Positions 16,939-27,376 of a stretch of DNA of 64,000 nucleotides are shown piece after piece. The notes under the pieces are model-generated. The model saw only the letters and a list, made by a program, of their open reading frames with translations. It made no database searches and was not told where the DNA came from. Source of the DNA: a virus; IMG/VR virus record IMGVR_UViG_3300036715_002842, positions 41,576-105,575 of that record. One strand, given 5' to 3'. Both the position numbers and the translations under genes were made by a program. The first letter of the stretch is position 1. Each line of letters starts with the position of its first letter.

Positions 16939-17865
16939 GTGTCCCTACTTCAAGGATCCTTCAACTGGACAGTCTTCGAGACCTTCGGAGAAAACCCTAA
17001 GGATGCCGACCTGTTTGATCTGATGACCACTCGTGCCCTTTTCAAAGAGGGGTTCCCCGGAGACTACCACTCTATCGGCTTCTGCCACTGGAACGATCCA
17101 GGTTCCGTCCCTGTCCTAGATCAGACTTTCCTCGCTGATGGTTGGGTCCTGATGGGCATTCGGAAGGATAGCAAGAGGGTTCCCAAGGCCCTAGTGAATA
17201 TGGAATTCCGTGCATACCTCAAGGGACTCTCTGCGGATCAAAAGAAGGGCCTCAATAAGAAGATGATCCTTCAGGACATCACAGACAAGCTTCTGCCAAC
17301 CATCCCCTTTACCCCTTCCATCCAAGTCGCCGCATGGCATCGGCCCTCCAAGCGCCTCTACTGCGAGGGAATGGGGCTCTATGACTGGCTCGTGGGCCAC
17401 CTCGGTACCTTGGGCGTGAAGATTACCCCTGCGACCTTCCTGGACCAGCACGGCAAGGCATTTGAGATGATCCGGAGCATGACCTTCGATGCCATCCAGT
17501 GCCCTGGAGCACCCTCCCTTGTACCCAGTCAGGTTTCTTACGCACCCACCCCGGATCTTACCATCCAGCTTGAGGACCAAAAGATCTCTTTTCTGGGAGA
17601 TGGGGACGATGATGCCGCGAAAGCCGAGTGCGATTCCCTTCTGACTAAGGGTGGAAAAATTGTCAAGATGAAAGTCCTCACCAATCTTGAGGATGACAAC
17701 TACGTTCTTCAGCTCAACAGTAGCAACCCAAACGTTCTTAAGTTCAATCCTGGCAATATTAGGGGTTCGATCTACGACAAACTTTTCCACCGCCTTGAAA
17801 AGGCGGTCGCTATCACCTATACTCTAGAGAATGTCGTACGCAACGGAGCCAACGCAAAGGTTTAA
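16939..17865 (+). CDS. rdgC: RdgC-like recombination-associated protein
   Basis: SIGFCHW...LMGIRKDSKRVP...KLLPTIPFTPS...W pattern; GTG start after SD GAGGAG. Confidence 0.55.
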   Translation: MSLLQGSFNWTVFETFGENPKDADLFDLMTTRALFKEGFPGDYHSIGFCHWNDPGSVPVLDQTFLADGWVLMGIRKDSKRVPKALVNMEFRAYLKGLSADQKKGLNKKMILQDITDKLLPTIPFTPSIQVAAWHRPSKRLYCEGMGLYDWLVGHLGTLGVKITPATFLDQHGKAFEMIRSMTFDAIQCPGAPSLVPSQVSYAPTPDLTIQLEDQKISFLGDGDDDAAKAECDSLLTKGGKIVKMKVLTNLEDDNYVLQLNSSNPNVLKFNPGNIRGSIYDKLFHRLEKAVAITYTLENVVRNGANAKV

Positions 17866-17932
17866 TACTCACCTTGACAATTTTTCAAAACGGGTTAATC
17901 TCTACATAGGGACCTAGTGTCCAGGAGATAAG

Positions 17933-18475
17933 ATGAAAGAGAAACTCCCATCCGGCCGTCTTCGAGTTTATCAACTCCAGCACGTGATGAATCCTGAGAG
18001 TTGGTTCAAGAATCACTCCAGACATAATTGGGAATTTCACCTGACGAACTTGAAGAGGCTTCAAGAGCTTCTTCCGGGAAGTTGCTACGAGCATCGGGAT
18101 CCCCACCAGAACCTCCTCTGTCAGGTCGAGGACTTCCAGTTGATTGGGGATCTGGTCGTCACCAAGACCAAGGTGCTCTCCGCGGACAACATCCTCTTCG
18201 ATATTGAAGAGGGGAAGATCCGGGCAACCGTCGAGGGTGAGGATGAGGTCCAGGAAGTTTTCTACTACTCCGCGCTGGATAGTTCCTGGAAGAACCGTCT
18301 ACCTGCCCCTCGACAGAATGGTGGCACGCAGGTCGAGGTCCTCAAGTTCCAGACCAAGCTGATGAAGCAGAATAATGAGGCCGATGAGTGGCTCCGAGAG
18401 AGCGCCCGGCGCCGCGAGCAGTTCAAGAACTACGAACCGGAAGAGGTTGAAGTTCGCGAGCAGAACCATGATTGA
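17933..18475 (+). CDS. Hypothetical protein
   Basis: 180-aa ORF, SD AGGAG, TTGACA upstream at about 17874. Confidence 0.65.
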   Translation: MKEKLPSGRLRVYQLQHVMNPESWFKNHSRHNWEFHLTNLKRLQELLPGSCYEHRDPHQNLLCQVEDFQLIGDLVVTKTKVLSADNILFDIEEGKIRATVEGEDEVQEVFYYSALDSSWKNRLPAPRQNGGTQVEVLKFQTKLMKQNNEADEWLRESARRREQFKNYEPEEVEVREQNHD

Positions 18476-18968
18476 GGTTGTAGTCCATTTAGTTCTCTAT
18501 CGGAACGTTACAGAAGAAAAGCCAAACCGGTCTAAGATGGTGCCACTCTCTTGCTACACCAAGAGAGTGACCTTACCTTTCGCACCAGCTATCGGAATGA
18601 CTCTCAGGTTGAAAGATCTCACAAAGTTCCATGGAAACAACCGGTTCTATGAAATTCAGTCAATCCAGCTTTTCGATGACCGGGAATTGGCTTCCGTTTA
18701 CGTGGAAGAGAAGTTCAAGCCCCTGGAGAAGTACAAGGATCAGGATCCCAGATTCGAGAAGTTTATAAAGTATCTACTTGGTAGCGGCTGGGAAGTTTGC
18801 ACACCCTCCAGGAAAATCGTCAAGGGTATATTTAAAGCTGGAGGATGTCATGGCAAAGCGCCGAAAAGGACCATTTCTTGGCAGGTATTTCCTGTCTCGG
18901 AAGCAGATGGTCGAAGCCAAAGTCATCCAGGACCAGAACAATGGCAGGATGAAACGGGGAGAAATTAA
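18468..18968 (+). CDS. Hypothetical protein
   Basis: Likely start MIEVVVHL at 18468, coupled to the upstream stop. Confidence 0.55.
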   Translation: MIEVVVHLVLYRNVTEEKPNRSKMVPLSCYTKRVTLPFAPAIGMTLRLKDLTKFHGNNRFYEIQSIQLFDDRELASVYVEEKFKPLEKYKDQDPRFEKFIKYLLGSGWEVCTPSRKIVKGIFKAGGCHGKAPKRTISWQVFPVSEADGRSQSHPGPEQWQDETGRN

Positions 18969-19027
18969 GAATTTCACCCTTGTAACCTGTGGCTGTGTGG
19001 TTGTGGCGTCTTCGTTTCCGAGAAGAA

Positions 19028-19579
19028 ATGAACATCTTTTGCATCGAAGGTGAAGGTGAGATTATTGATTGGGTAAAAAGTGCCCAGTCTCTTGACAATT
19101 ACCGCGTGGTAAAGATGCTTGTGGAGACCACCCAGCTTCTTTGCTGCGCGCTGAATGAGCAGGGGATTGAGACTCCTTACAAGACTAGGCACCATAATCC
19201 GCAGGCAGTTTCCGCTTGGGTGATGGCCTCCTCCGCGAATTGGATGAATCTCTACTACCATGCGATTGCAATGCTCGCGGAGTATCGAAGGCGGTTCGGA
19301 CCCAAGCCTTTCCGGAGTGACGAGGTTCTCCATACGGTCTTCCAGTTGTTCGATCCCAAGCGGTTCCCATCGCAGAAACCTACCCCAGTGATGCTGGCAA
19401 TGCCGGACGAGTTCAAGGACCCCAAGAACCCTGTTCAAAGTTACCGGCGGTTCTACGCAACCAAACCCAACATGAGATACCCTGCTGACAAGATCCCTTC
19501 GTGGTTCCTTGAGCTCCGTGGGGATATCCCCTTCGAGGTGGTGAATGACAACGTTCGTAATCGGCCAGTTCTTTCGTGA
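19028..19579 (+). CDS. Pyrimidine-dimer DNA glycosylase (DenV/Pyr_excise-like)
   Basis: MNIF...LDNYRVVKMLVETTQLL...HHNP...W...AMPDE...PVQSYRRFY. Confidence 0.75.
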   Translation: MNIFCIEGEGEIIDWVKSAQSLDNYRVVKMLVETTQLLCCALNEQGIETPYKTRHHNPQAVSAWVMASSANWMNLYYHAIAMLAEYRRRFGPKPFRSDEVLHTVFQLFDPKRFPSQKPTPVMLAMPDEFKDPKNPVQSYRRFYATKPNMRYPADKIPSWFLELRGDIPFEVVNDNVRNRPVLS

Positions 19580-20096
19580 TGCCCGCAAGCCCGCTGGGTA
19601 CGAAAAGAGCTACAACGAAGATTCTCTTCTGAAGGCTGTGGAGTGTAACTTCGCAACTGCCATTCCAGGCTACCGTGATGGTGTGGTCCTGGTCCGAATC
19701 CTTCCCAAGTACCTTCGTTCTTCTGTCGTGGAGTTGACACCGGACCTGAAGATTGTAACCACGTTCGAGAGTCGAGTCCCAGGGGAAACCCCGAGAAAAA
19801 GAACTTTCGCCGTAGTGGATGAGCTCCCTGAAGCTGGAAGTGCCAGTGTGGTTTTGTACCGTGCGGATGTTCTGGCCGAGGATAACGATCGGTCTTCAGA
19901 TGCTGACTGGGAGGTTGTTACCGTTCTGGCTCACTGCGATCGGGAGCCAGAACCTATGAACCCTGGTACCCTGATGGCGAACCACTTCAAGGCCGATGGT
20001 GGAACTTCCACTTTGATGAACGCGGAACAGTTCGAGGCAGCTCTTCGTGAGAGCTACAACTTCTGGAAGACCCGCATCCTCGCGGAAGTTCGTTAA
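19545..20096 (+). CDS. DUF3228-like protein
   Basis: PGYRDGV, R..GE.P, VVLYRADVL, EPMNPGTLMANH...GGT. Confidence 0.55.
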   Translation: MTTFVIGQFFRDARKPAGYEKSYNEDSLLKAVECNFATAIPGYRDGVVLVRILPKYLRSSVVELTPDLKIVTTFESRVPGETPRKRTFAVVDELPEAGSASVVLYRADVLAEDNDRSSDADWEVVTVLAHCDREPEPMNPGTLMANHFKADGGTSTLMNAEQFEAALRESYNFWKTRILAEVR

Positions 20097-20159
20097 GCCG
20101 AGTTCCTAAAACAGTCATATCCCTCTCCCCGGTTATAATTGGGAGAGGGAGAATTCTGG

Positions 20160-21578
20160 ATGCCACTACTACAGACCTTCATTGCTGCCGACGCCAAGCC
20201 CACTGTAGACAATTACAACAACCTGAACCTCGGAATTCTGCCGAAGGGCATCTATTCTGGTGGAGCAGTCTCGCAGGGTCCGGGTCGTCAGGTGACGGTA
20301 GAGGCTTTCCACGCTAAGGCTTACGATGGATTCACAATCGTAGGCGAGACTCAGAATATCAACATTCCACCTGCCCCGAAACAGGGCTGGGCGTTGGTAC
20401 TCTACGCGAAGAGCTGGGTACCTGGGGACGCACCCCCAAAGAGTCATAAGGTAGAGTTCCGGGTCATTCCTTGGGTTGGCACTGATGCGATCAAAGGTTA
20501 TACCGATGTCGATCCGGGACCGGATTACCCGTACTACATCCTCTTTGCGAAGATCGACGCTCTGAGTAATGAGGTTCGAATTCTTCCTACAGAGATCAAT
20601 ACTTCGTTCTCGGATCGAGTTAATCTTCTGAACCTCTCATCCACCCAGCTTATGATCGGATCCTCGAACTTTAACGGTCCTATAGGCACCGCCGTTTATC
20701 ATCACCTGGGCCATACAATGTACAAGGTTCAGGTCACTCCAACCGAGGCACCTAACGTTGGCATTGGTGACATCTGGGTAGTGAAGGATAGTAAATTCTT
20801 CACCGTATTCTCTAACGGCTCGGTCACCACCAAATTCGATTGGGCAGTTTCAACCTCTCAGGCCAGTCTGGGGGTAGATGCACAATCCGCCTTTGGTAGT
20901 CGATTCGGAAAAGCACTCTTGAAGGATCCGGTTCCTATCGTTCACAACGAAGGAGCATCCAACTATGTGCTTCTTGCAGCAGTACTGGGCATGCAGGAGC
21001 CCCTATCCCAGTTACCCTACGTGGTCCAGACCGATACTGTAGGCACCATTACTGGGGATTCTACCGTAACCACTCCCATCTGCTGGCAACTCGTTTCTGG
21101 TTCGACGCACCAGAACATGTTGTTCGATTCCTTCATCATGGGTAATAGCACGTTCGAAGATACCTACGACCAAAACGTAGATGCTAGATCTCTTCGGGTC
21201 TTCATTTACCCTGAAGTTTCTCACACGAATCCGGTCGTTACAGTAACAAATTACGAGACAACTCAGGGGGATCCGACTACCAATCGGGTGAAGATCAAGT
21301 TTGATTGTATCGTTCCAGACGGAACTAAATGTCGAAGAGTGATCTTCAAGAATCCTGGTTCTTACCCAAGTGGTACAACGACCGGCATGGGAACTATCGA
21401 GATTCTTCACAACCTAGACCTGGACATGTACGTCCCATTCATTTCCTTCACCAACGTTACCGGGGGTTCTTTGACTGGGTATAATGTGGAGATAGGACGT
21501 AAGTCCTTCAAGGTTGTAGTACCGACTGGGGTTTCTGTTTCCTTTGATTGGCTGCTTGTGCCGAGTTTCACTTCATGA
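20160..21578 (+). CDS. Virion structural protein (tail fibre/baseplate-like)
   Basis: T/G/V-rich beta-type sequence; repeated (V/I)xHxLG...Y...F(D/S)W modules. Confidence 0.55.
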   Translation: MPLLQTFIAADAKPTVDNYNNLNLGILPKGIYSGGAVSQGPGRQVTVEAFHAKAYDGFTIVGETQNINIPPAPKQGWALVLYAKSWVPGDAPPKSHKVEFRVIPWVGTDAIKGYTDVDPGPDYPYYILFAKIDALSNEVRILPTEINTSFSDRVNLLNLSSTQLMIGSSNFNGPIGTAVYHHLGHTMYKVQVTPTEAPNVGIGDIWVVKDSKFFTVFSNGSVTTKFDWAVSTSQASLGVDAQSAFGSRFGKALLKDPVPIVHNEGASNYVLLAAVLGMQEPLSQLPYVVQTDTVGTITGDSTVTTPICWQLVSGSTHQNMLFDSFIMGNSTFEDTYDQNVDARSLRVFIYPEVSHTNPVVTVTNYETTQGDPTTNRVKIKFDCIVPDGTKCRRVIFKNPGSYPSGTTTGMGTIEILHNLDLDMYVPFISFTNVTGGSLTGYNVEIGRKSFKVVVPTGVSVSFDWLLVPSFTS

Positions 21579-21585
21579 GGTCTGC

Positions 21586-21903
21586 GTGAGTAAGGTACGA
21601 CACGTCTACGGCACCTCAGTTGATGACCGTAAAAGGGCAATCGCTAACCTTCAGTTTGCCCTGGAGGATAAGGCTCTCTGGTACATGAATTGTAAGTATC
21701 GTCCAAACAAAACCGCGATTGCAAAGGGAAAATTTTGTAATTGGATCACAAAGGACACCTTTGATCTAGCTTGTAAAGCGATTATCAATGCAACGGACCC
21801 CATCTATTTCTACACGTTCGGAGACATGGTAGAGTTGGATGGGCAGAAGATCACTGAGTTCGCAAACTGGGACTCAATGGACCTTCGTAAGATATCTGGT
21901 TAG
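21586..21903 (+). CDS. Hypothetical protein
   Basis: GTG start after SD GAGG. Confidence 0.55.
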   Translation: MSKVRHVYGTSVDDRKRAIANLQFALEDKALWYMNCKYRPNKTAIAKGKFCNWITKDTFDLACKAIINATDPIYFYTFGDMVELDGQKITEFANWDSMDLRKISG

Positions 21904-21910
21904 ATTGATC

Positions 21911-23728
21911 ATGAATACCTGGTACAAGAGATATCTTGACTTAATTGGATTGAAGTATCCGGGTGACAGTATTTTTATCAAGAAGAACCCAGAGTTCTGT
22001 TCAAGTGTTCTCAATGCAACTTCTAAATGTTCTTCAAACCTCCCCATCCTTTCAAGGGTTCTTCTTCTAGATATGGGTTTGGAGATTGAACCTCCATGTA
22101 TAATTTGTGGTAATAAATCTATTTGGTGGAAGGATCCACACAATCCTTCCAGCGGTTGGAAGGATCACACCTGTTCTGCCTCTTGTAGTCGAAGGGCCGT
22201 AAGAGTTCTTCGTGGTGAGACTCTTATAGAAAAGCAGAAACAAACGGTTAGGAATCGTTATGGTGTTGAGAATGTTGCGACGCTGAAAGAAGTTCAAGAG
22301 ACTATTAAGAAAACCAACTTGGAGAGGTTTGGAACCGAAGCCTCTTCGAGGTCCTTGGTTGTACAAGAAAAGAAACTTAGAACTATTCGAGAACGTTATG
22401 GTGTTGATAACGTTATGCAGGTAGATAATATTAGAGAGAAAGTAGAGAAGACTTGCCTTGAGAAATTTGGTTTCAAGCATGCTGCTAGTTCTGAAACCGT
22501 GAAAGATGCAACAAAGAAGACTAACTTGGATCTGTATGGTTGCCCTTACCCAATGCAGAATATAGATGTTAAAAGGAAGAGACTCGAAACTTTTCGAGAG
22601 AGATTCAGTGTAGATCATCCAATGCAGACTGAAGAATATAAGGTCAAGCTCAAATCAACTTTGAAGGTATTATATGGAACCAGAAAAATCGGTTGGCGCT
22701 ATAAATGCCCAACCGATGTGGCAATAGAAAAGTTGAAATCCCGTGAATTTTGGAATTCTGAACATGTTCAGAATAAGAAGAGTCTTCATCAAATAGCGAG
22801 AGAACTTAACACTACCAGTTCGACCGTAGCAATTTATTTCTTCAAATACAGCGGTTTACCCAAAATTCTAATTCGATCTGGCGTTTCTTCCGAGGAACAG
22901 AACTTCTTTTCCTTCTTGGAATCAAAAATAAGTGGGATTCTTCAATCTATTCCTTTAAGTTCCCTCGGTGGGAAGAGTAAAAGATCCTTGGATGCCTACA
23001 TTCCACAGCTAAATTTAGCATTTGAATACAATGGGGTATATTGGCATTCAGAAAAATTTCGTTCTTCTAGGGAGCACTTAGAGAAGACCTTAGAGTGTGA
23101 AAAACTTGGCATACGGCTTATCCACGTGTGGTCGGACGATTGGATATTCAAACAAGAACTCGTGAAGAAAAAGATTTGTTCGTTACTGGGTTTAGAATTC
23201 CAAAAGGTATATGCGAGGAAGTGTGCCATCGTTTCTGTAGATAGTAAGAAGAAGAAGAATTTTTACAGCACGAACCATATCAAGGGAGATGGTGTTGGCT
23301 CAATAAGTTATGGTCTCCAATACGGTGGGCAACTTGTAGCACTTATCACTTTCAAAAATATTGGGAAGGGAATTTACGATCTCAATCGTTACGCAACCTC
23401 TTGCAGTGTTGTAGGTGGATTCAGCAAATTACTCAGTCATTTCAAGAAAAATACTAATTGGTCAAAAATCTATACCTACGCAGATCGAAGTTGGAGTCGT
23501 GGGGATGTGTATCTTAAAACTGGATTTACCTTCCTGTCGGAAATTCCACCCTCTTTTCATGGTCTAGAAAAAGACCGAAGAGTTAACCGCTTGAATTATA
23601 CCCACAAAAAACTATCCCGTAGGTTCCCAACTGCGGTTGGAACCCAGGATCAGATCATGAGTAGTGCCGGTATACTTAGAATCTGGGATTGTGGGCAGTT
23701 GAAGTTCGGAGTGACTAACCATGGCTGA
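21911..23728 (+). CDS. Free-standing homing-type endonuclease, paralog 2
   Basis: CIIC..CSASC, KTNLERFG repeats, LDAYIPQLNLAFEYNGVYWHS, IHVWSDDW, RIWDCGQ. Confidence 0.75.
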   Translation: MNTWYKRYLDLIGLKYPGDSIFIKKNPEFCSSVLNATSKCSSNLPILSRVLLLDMGLEIEPPCIICGNKSIWWKDPHNPSSGWKDHTCSASCSRRAVRVLRGETLIEKQKQTVRNRYGVENVATLKEVQETIKKTNLERFGTEASSRSLVVQEKKLRTIRERYGVDNVMQVDNIREKVEKTCLEKFGFKHAASSETVKDATKKTNLDLYGCPYPMQNIDVKRKRLETFRERFSVDHPMQTEEYKVKLKSTLKVLYGTRKIGWRYKCPTDVAIEKLKSREFWNSEHVQNKKSLHQIARELNTTSSTVAIYFFKYSGLPKILIRSGVSSEEQNFFSFLESKISGILQSIPLSSLGGKSKRSLDAYIPQLNLAFEYNGVYWHSEKFRSSREHLEKTLECEKLGIRLIHVWSDDWIFKQELVKKKICSLLGLEFQKVYARKCAIVSVDSKKKKNFYSTNHIKGDGVGSISYGLQYGGQLVALITFKNIGKGIYDLNRYATSCSVVGGFSKLLSHFKKNTNWSKIYTYADRSWSRGDVYLKTGFTFLSEIPPSFHGLEKDRRVNRLNYTHKKLSRRFPTAVGTQDQIMSSAGILRIWDCGQLKFGVTNHG

Positions 23729-24587
23729 ACCTAAGTTAGGTGGGAAGGGACCCCAACTCGGAAACCAAAGTTTTCATCACTACGCATCGAACGAAGGAAT
23801 ACCCCTTCCGGCAACCCATAACTTCAACAAGGCAGCGCGGGTAAGTCTCTACGACCTCATTCGCTATACCCCCATGAATATCCGCGAAAACAGGCGGAAG
23901 GGTTGCCGCACCTTCTTTTATGGTACCCAATACTTCAAACGACCAGGCAAGCGTGGAATCCGCATTTTTGCCTACAAAACTGGCTGCGAGAAGAGCACCT
24001 ATGTTACGCAGATCGGGTTCGTTGATTGGAGAAAAGGACTAAAGAGCTCTATCTGGGTTCACTGTACCTGCGATTATTTCAAATATAACGTGGAATACGT
24101 TCTAGCTCAGTTGGGTGCTTCTGAGTTGGTTTTCTCTTGGAACCAACCACCTAATATTCGAAACCCAAAGCATATTCCTCACGCCTGCAAGCATATTCTA
24201 CTCATCGTTGATGATGCCCTCGGCCGAGCCAAGCAGTTCGGTAAGAAGGATCTAGAAATGGAATTGCAGGATGTAGATATTGATGAGATCGAACTCACCC
24301 CATTTGAGAAAAAGAAATTAGAAGATAAGAAACGTTTCGATCAACTCAAGGAAAAAGAGAAACTTCAGAAGCCCAGTAATTTCCGTCCATACTCTCAGCA
24401 ACCGAAAGAAGAAATTAACGAACCAGCGGCAAAACCAACCGGAACTCGACCATATACCCAGAATCCGGGTACCGGAATCCATCCTTATACCCAGAATCCA
24501 GGTAATCAAGGTACCGGAAGATCCACACCAGAGAACCCTGTGAACTCCCCCTTCAGCTCGGTTCCAAGGACTAAGCCTGGTGAGTAA
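23721..24587 (+). CDS. SWIM-like zinc-finger protein
   Basis: VHCTCDYF...HACKH; C-terminal repeated (R/H)PY(S/T)Q(N/Q)P. Confidence 0.55.
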   Translation: MAEPKLGGKGPQLGNQSFHHYASNEGIPLPATHNFNKAARVSLYDLIRYTPMNIRENRRKGCRTFFYGTQYFKRPGKRGIRIFAYKTGCEKSTYVTQIGFVDWRKGLKSSIWVHCTCDYFKYNVEYVLAQLGASELVFSWNQPPNIRNPKHIPHACKHILLIVDDALGRAKQFGKKDLEMELQDVDIDEIELTPFEKKKLEDKKRFDQLKEKEKLQKPSNFRPYSQQPKEEINEPAAKPTGTRPYTQNPGTGIHPYTQNPGNQGTGRSTPENPVNSPFSSVPRTKPGE

Positions 24588-24709
24588 TCTCACGAGACCG
24601 TTTGGATCGAGGAAGACTGAAAGTGTTTAATATCTTTAGTTTAAATCTTAAGGTTTCAAAATCGGATCCTTTAAAATTCGCCCTTAAAATAGAATGAAGG
24701 AGTTCAACC

Positions 24710-27319
24710 ATGGCGACCAGACAAAAGTTGACCGTAACCCGTTACATTCTTCCTGGAACGTATGTGGGGCAAGTTTATCGCCCTAAGGTAGTGAATGTAG
24801 GGTTGTTCCCACGTATTCCCTGCTACATCGGAAAGGGCCTTCCCTACCTGACAGCAGAGAACATCCCTCTCGTACGTTCCTTCGTCTACAAGGAAAAGTG
24901 CGATTTCCCAACCTCCGCTCCCTATCTCTCCACACTGAACTATCCTTCCAACGGTAGCCAGCTTGCAGCGTACAGCCAGGCACCCATCCGCCTTTACAAT
25001 ACCAATGGCGAGGAAGTACCCACTCGCTTCTGGAAGTTCACCAAGGCAACCCCCTCTGGTCCGTATGACACCGTTGAGGTGTTCAGCGAAGCCTACAACC
25101 CCAACGATACCTACTACATCGACTACCAGTCGACTTCCGATTCGATCCTGGATCCTCTGCCGCTAACCGGAGTCCGCCAGATCAACATGGTAGGCGATCA
25201 GCCCCACGAAGCGCTCTACCAGGAGCACACCGACTGGGAGAGCTACACCAGCACAACTGGACCGGTTCCCGATCAGGCAAACGTGGGTCTGGTGGGCATC
25301 ATCAATCAGAACTTAGCCTCCAAGTACAATGGTCCCGACCGTAAGTACTACCTGACGGTAGAGGGCAACGATCTGACCAGCTATCCAACGTTCGCAGTGA
25401 CCAAGACCAGCGCCGGCACCATGGCAATCAACGAAGCCGCCATGACCCTTTCTGGTGGTGGAAGCTCCTACACTGGCGCCAACCCAGCAACCTACGATAT
25501 GACCGTGGCCAATTATACCGTGGCCGGTTCCACCACCAGCTTCGATCTGAACTGGAGCGATGGATCCGCTACTGGCGTGGTCCATGTCAGCACCACCCTG
25601 GCAGCAGTAACGGCACAGCCCGTGATGAACGGCATCCTGGTGGATATCGGAAACATCAATGGCATCACCAACGCCGACACCTTCCACATCGCCGCAGCTC
25701 AGACCCACCGCGTTCGGATCAGCTGGTACTCGGATGACTACCAGAGCACAGGCGCTGTCTTTGTCTTCCTGTCCAATGGTGACAAGCTGAACCAGGCAAT
25801 GGAAGCCGGGGTAACCCTGGACTTCCTGAGCCTACCCTCTTTCGTAGTAGGGGACAAGTTCCTTCTGACCGCAAACAACACCGACACGATTAACTGGAAC
25901 TTCACCCGTCAGGTCAGTCAGGACTTCACCCCTTCGGACATCTACTACGATGCAATGGGTCTTGTGACCGGTACCCCACGTACATACTACATCACCTTGA
26001 ACAATACCCCGGTGGAACAGGTTCTTCCTGCTGAGACCGTGACCCTGGTGCGAATCGACAACAACGTGGTGATTCCACACACTAACATTCCTGGAACTCC
26101 CTACGTCAAGCTGAACATCCAGACGCCCTTGCTGGTGAACTTCCGTGCAACGTATCACTATCACAATGCACCTCACGCAGGTCAACAGTACTACGTGACA
26201 GCAACGTACACCCGTCCAGAGAGCCAGTTTAATGCGGTCAGCATCTACAGCGGTTACGCAGATGCCCTTCTTGAGCGTGGGTACCCCTCGGCCGACAACC
26301 ACATCGGTGTAATGTTGGACTACGCCTTCAATGTGGCGGCTTGCGACTTCGTCGCCTGCGTCCAAGTGTTCGATGCCGACCACGATAGTGTTTACAACAC
26401 CGCCGACTACCGCACGGCACTACAGGCAACCGAGAAGAACAAGGAAATCACCGACATCGTTGTGCTCAGCAAGTTCGATACCCTGGCCGACCAGATGTAT
26501 CAGTCTCAGGTGAGCAACGATCCCATCGTGGGCGCCCTCCGGCTCTACTGGATTGGTTACCCCATCGGTTACCAGGTGGGAACTCCTGGAACTAGTGGAA
26601 CGATCAGCAATACTTCCCAGAACGTTCTTCAGGTATCCGGTTCCAACGCAGCACATGGAACCTTCATCAGCTGCGCAAATGACTTGGTGAAGAGAACCGT
26701 AACCCTCCAAACTGGCAAGGCACTTCAGCTGACCCTAGATGGTTCCTTCTTCGCTGGAATGCTCTGCGCCATCAATGATGCGTACCGCGATCCCAACACC
26801 CTACTCAACAATCAGGTTGTTCCAGGAATCGACGACATTCGCACCTACACCGATACGCAGATGGAGATCCTTGGATCCTCCAGCAACACCTTCGCCAGCC
26901 TCCCGAAGAACTCCACGGTGGTCAAGGTTATCGATGCGGTCACCACGGACATCAGCGCCGACGACTATCACGAGATCAATGTGATGTGCGTCAAGCAGCT
27001 CGTTTCCAAGAGAGTCATTCGTGCGGGTAACGCAGGTGTAATCGGATACGTTCCCCGGAATGTGGACGATGGCGTCTCCTTCGTGCGTTCCGTCATCTCC
27101 CGCGAGCTCACCGCCTGCGTGGGTGAAGGACTCATCGCTGACTACACTGACGCAAGCGGTCGCCCACGCGATCTGAAGCCCGAGCAGGATGTGGATGTAT
27201 GGCGGGACGAAGAGAAGACCCGCTACAACTTCACCTTCTGGTTCAATGGCCGTTACGGCATCAAGCGCCTGACCGGTCTGTACAGTGTGGATGAGAACGT
27301 CTTCAAAACAAATGCCTAA
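24710..27319 (+). CDS. Tail sheath protein
   Basis: 869 aa; N-terminal YILPGTYV; C-terminal EINV...V...IG...L...G.I..Y sheath-like pattern; upstream of a tube-like gene. Confidence 0.75.
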   Translation: MATRQKLTVTRYILPGTYVGQVYRPKVVNVGLFPRIPCYIGKGLPYLTAENIPLVRSFVYKEKCDFPTSAPYLSTLNYPSNGSQLAAYSQAPIRLYNTNGEEVPTRFWKFTKATPSGPYDTVEVFSEAYNPNDTYYIDYQSTSDSILDPLPLTGVRQINMVGDQPHEALYQEHTDWESYTSTTGPVPDQANVGLVGIINQNLASKYNGPDRKYYLTVEGNDLTSYPTFAVTKTSAGTMAINEAAMTLSGGGSSYTGANPATYDMTVANYTVAGSTTSFDLNWSDGSATGVVHVSTTLAAVTAQPVMNGILVDIGNINGITNADTFHIAAAQTHRVRISWYSDDYQSTGAVFVFLSNGDKLNQAMEAGVTLDFLSLPSFVVGDKFLLTANNTDTINWNFTRQVSQDFTPSDIYYDAMGLVTGTPRTYYITLNNTPVEQVLPAETVTLVRIDNNVVIPHTNIPGTPYVKLNIQTPLLVNFRATYHYHNAPHAGQQYYVTATYTRPESQFNAVSIYSGYADALLERGYPSADNHIGVMLDYAFNVAACDFVACVQVFDADHDSVYNTADYRTALQATEKNKEITDIVVLSKFDTLADQMYQSQVSNDPIVGALRLYWIGYPIGYQVGTPGTSGTISNTSQNVLQVSGSNAAHGTFISCANDLVKRTVTLQTGKALQLTLDGSFFAGMLCAINDAYRDPNTLLNNQVVPGIDDIRTYTDTQMEILGSSSNTFASLPKNSTVVKVIDAVTTDISADDYHEINVMCVKQLVSKRVIRAGNAGVIGYVPRNVDDGVSFVRSVISRELTACVGEGLIADYTDASGRPRDLKPEQDVDVWRDEEKTRYNFTFWFNGRYGIKRLTGLYSVDENVFKTNA

Positions 27320-27328
27320 CGTAGAATC

Positions 27329-27363
27329 AGGGGTGGGCGGGTAAACTGCCCACCCCGATTTTA
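27329..27363 (+). terminator. Intrinsic terminator
   Basis: GGGGTGGGCGG-GTAAA-CTGCCCACCCC-GATTTTT. Confidence 0.7.
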
Positions 27364-27376
27364 TCGAAAGAGACTC

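Noticed and set aside
18850-19053. Small ORF with SD GGAGG overlapping 18468..18968 by about 120 nt
   Set aside because: Cannot tell a real overlap from a frameshift or sequence error; no recognisable motif.
23369-23514. Diversity-generating retroelement TR/VR pair with 58764-58909
   Set aside because: Differences are synonymous C/T changes, not adenine-specific, and there is no reverse transcriptase in the window.
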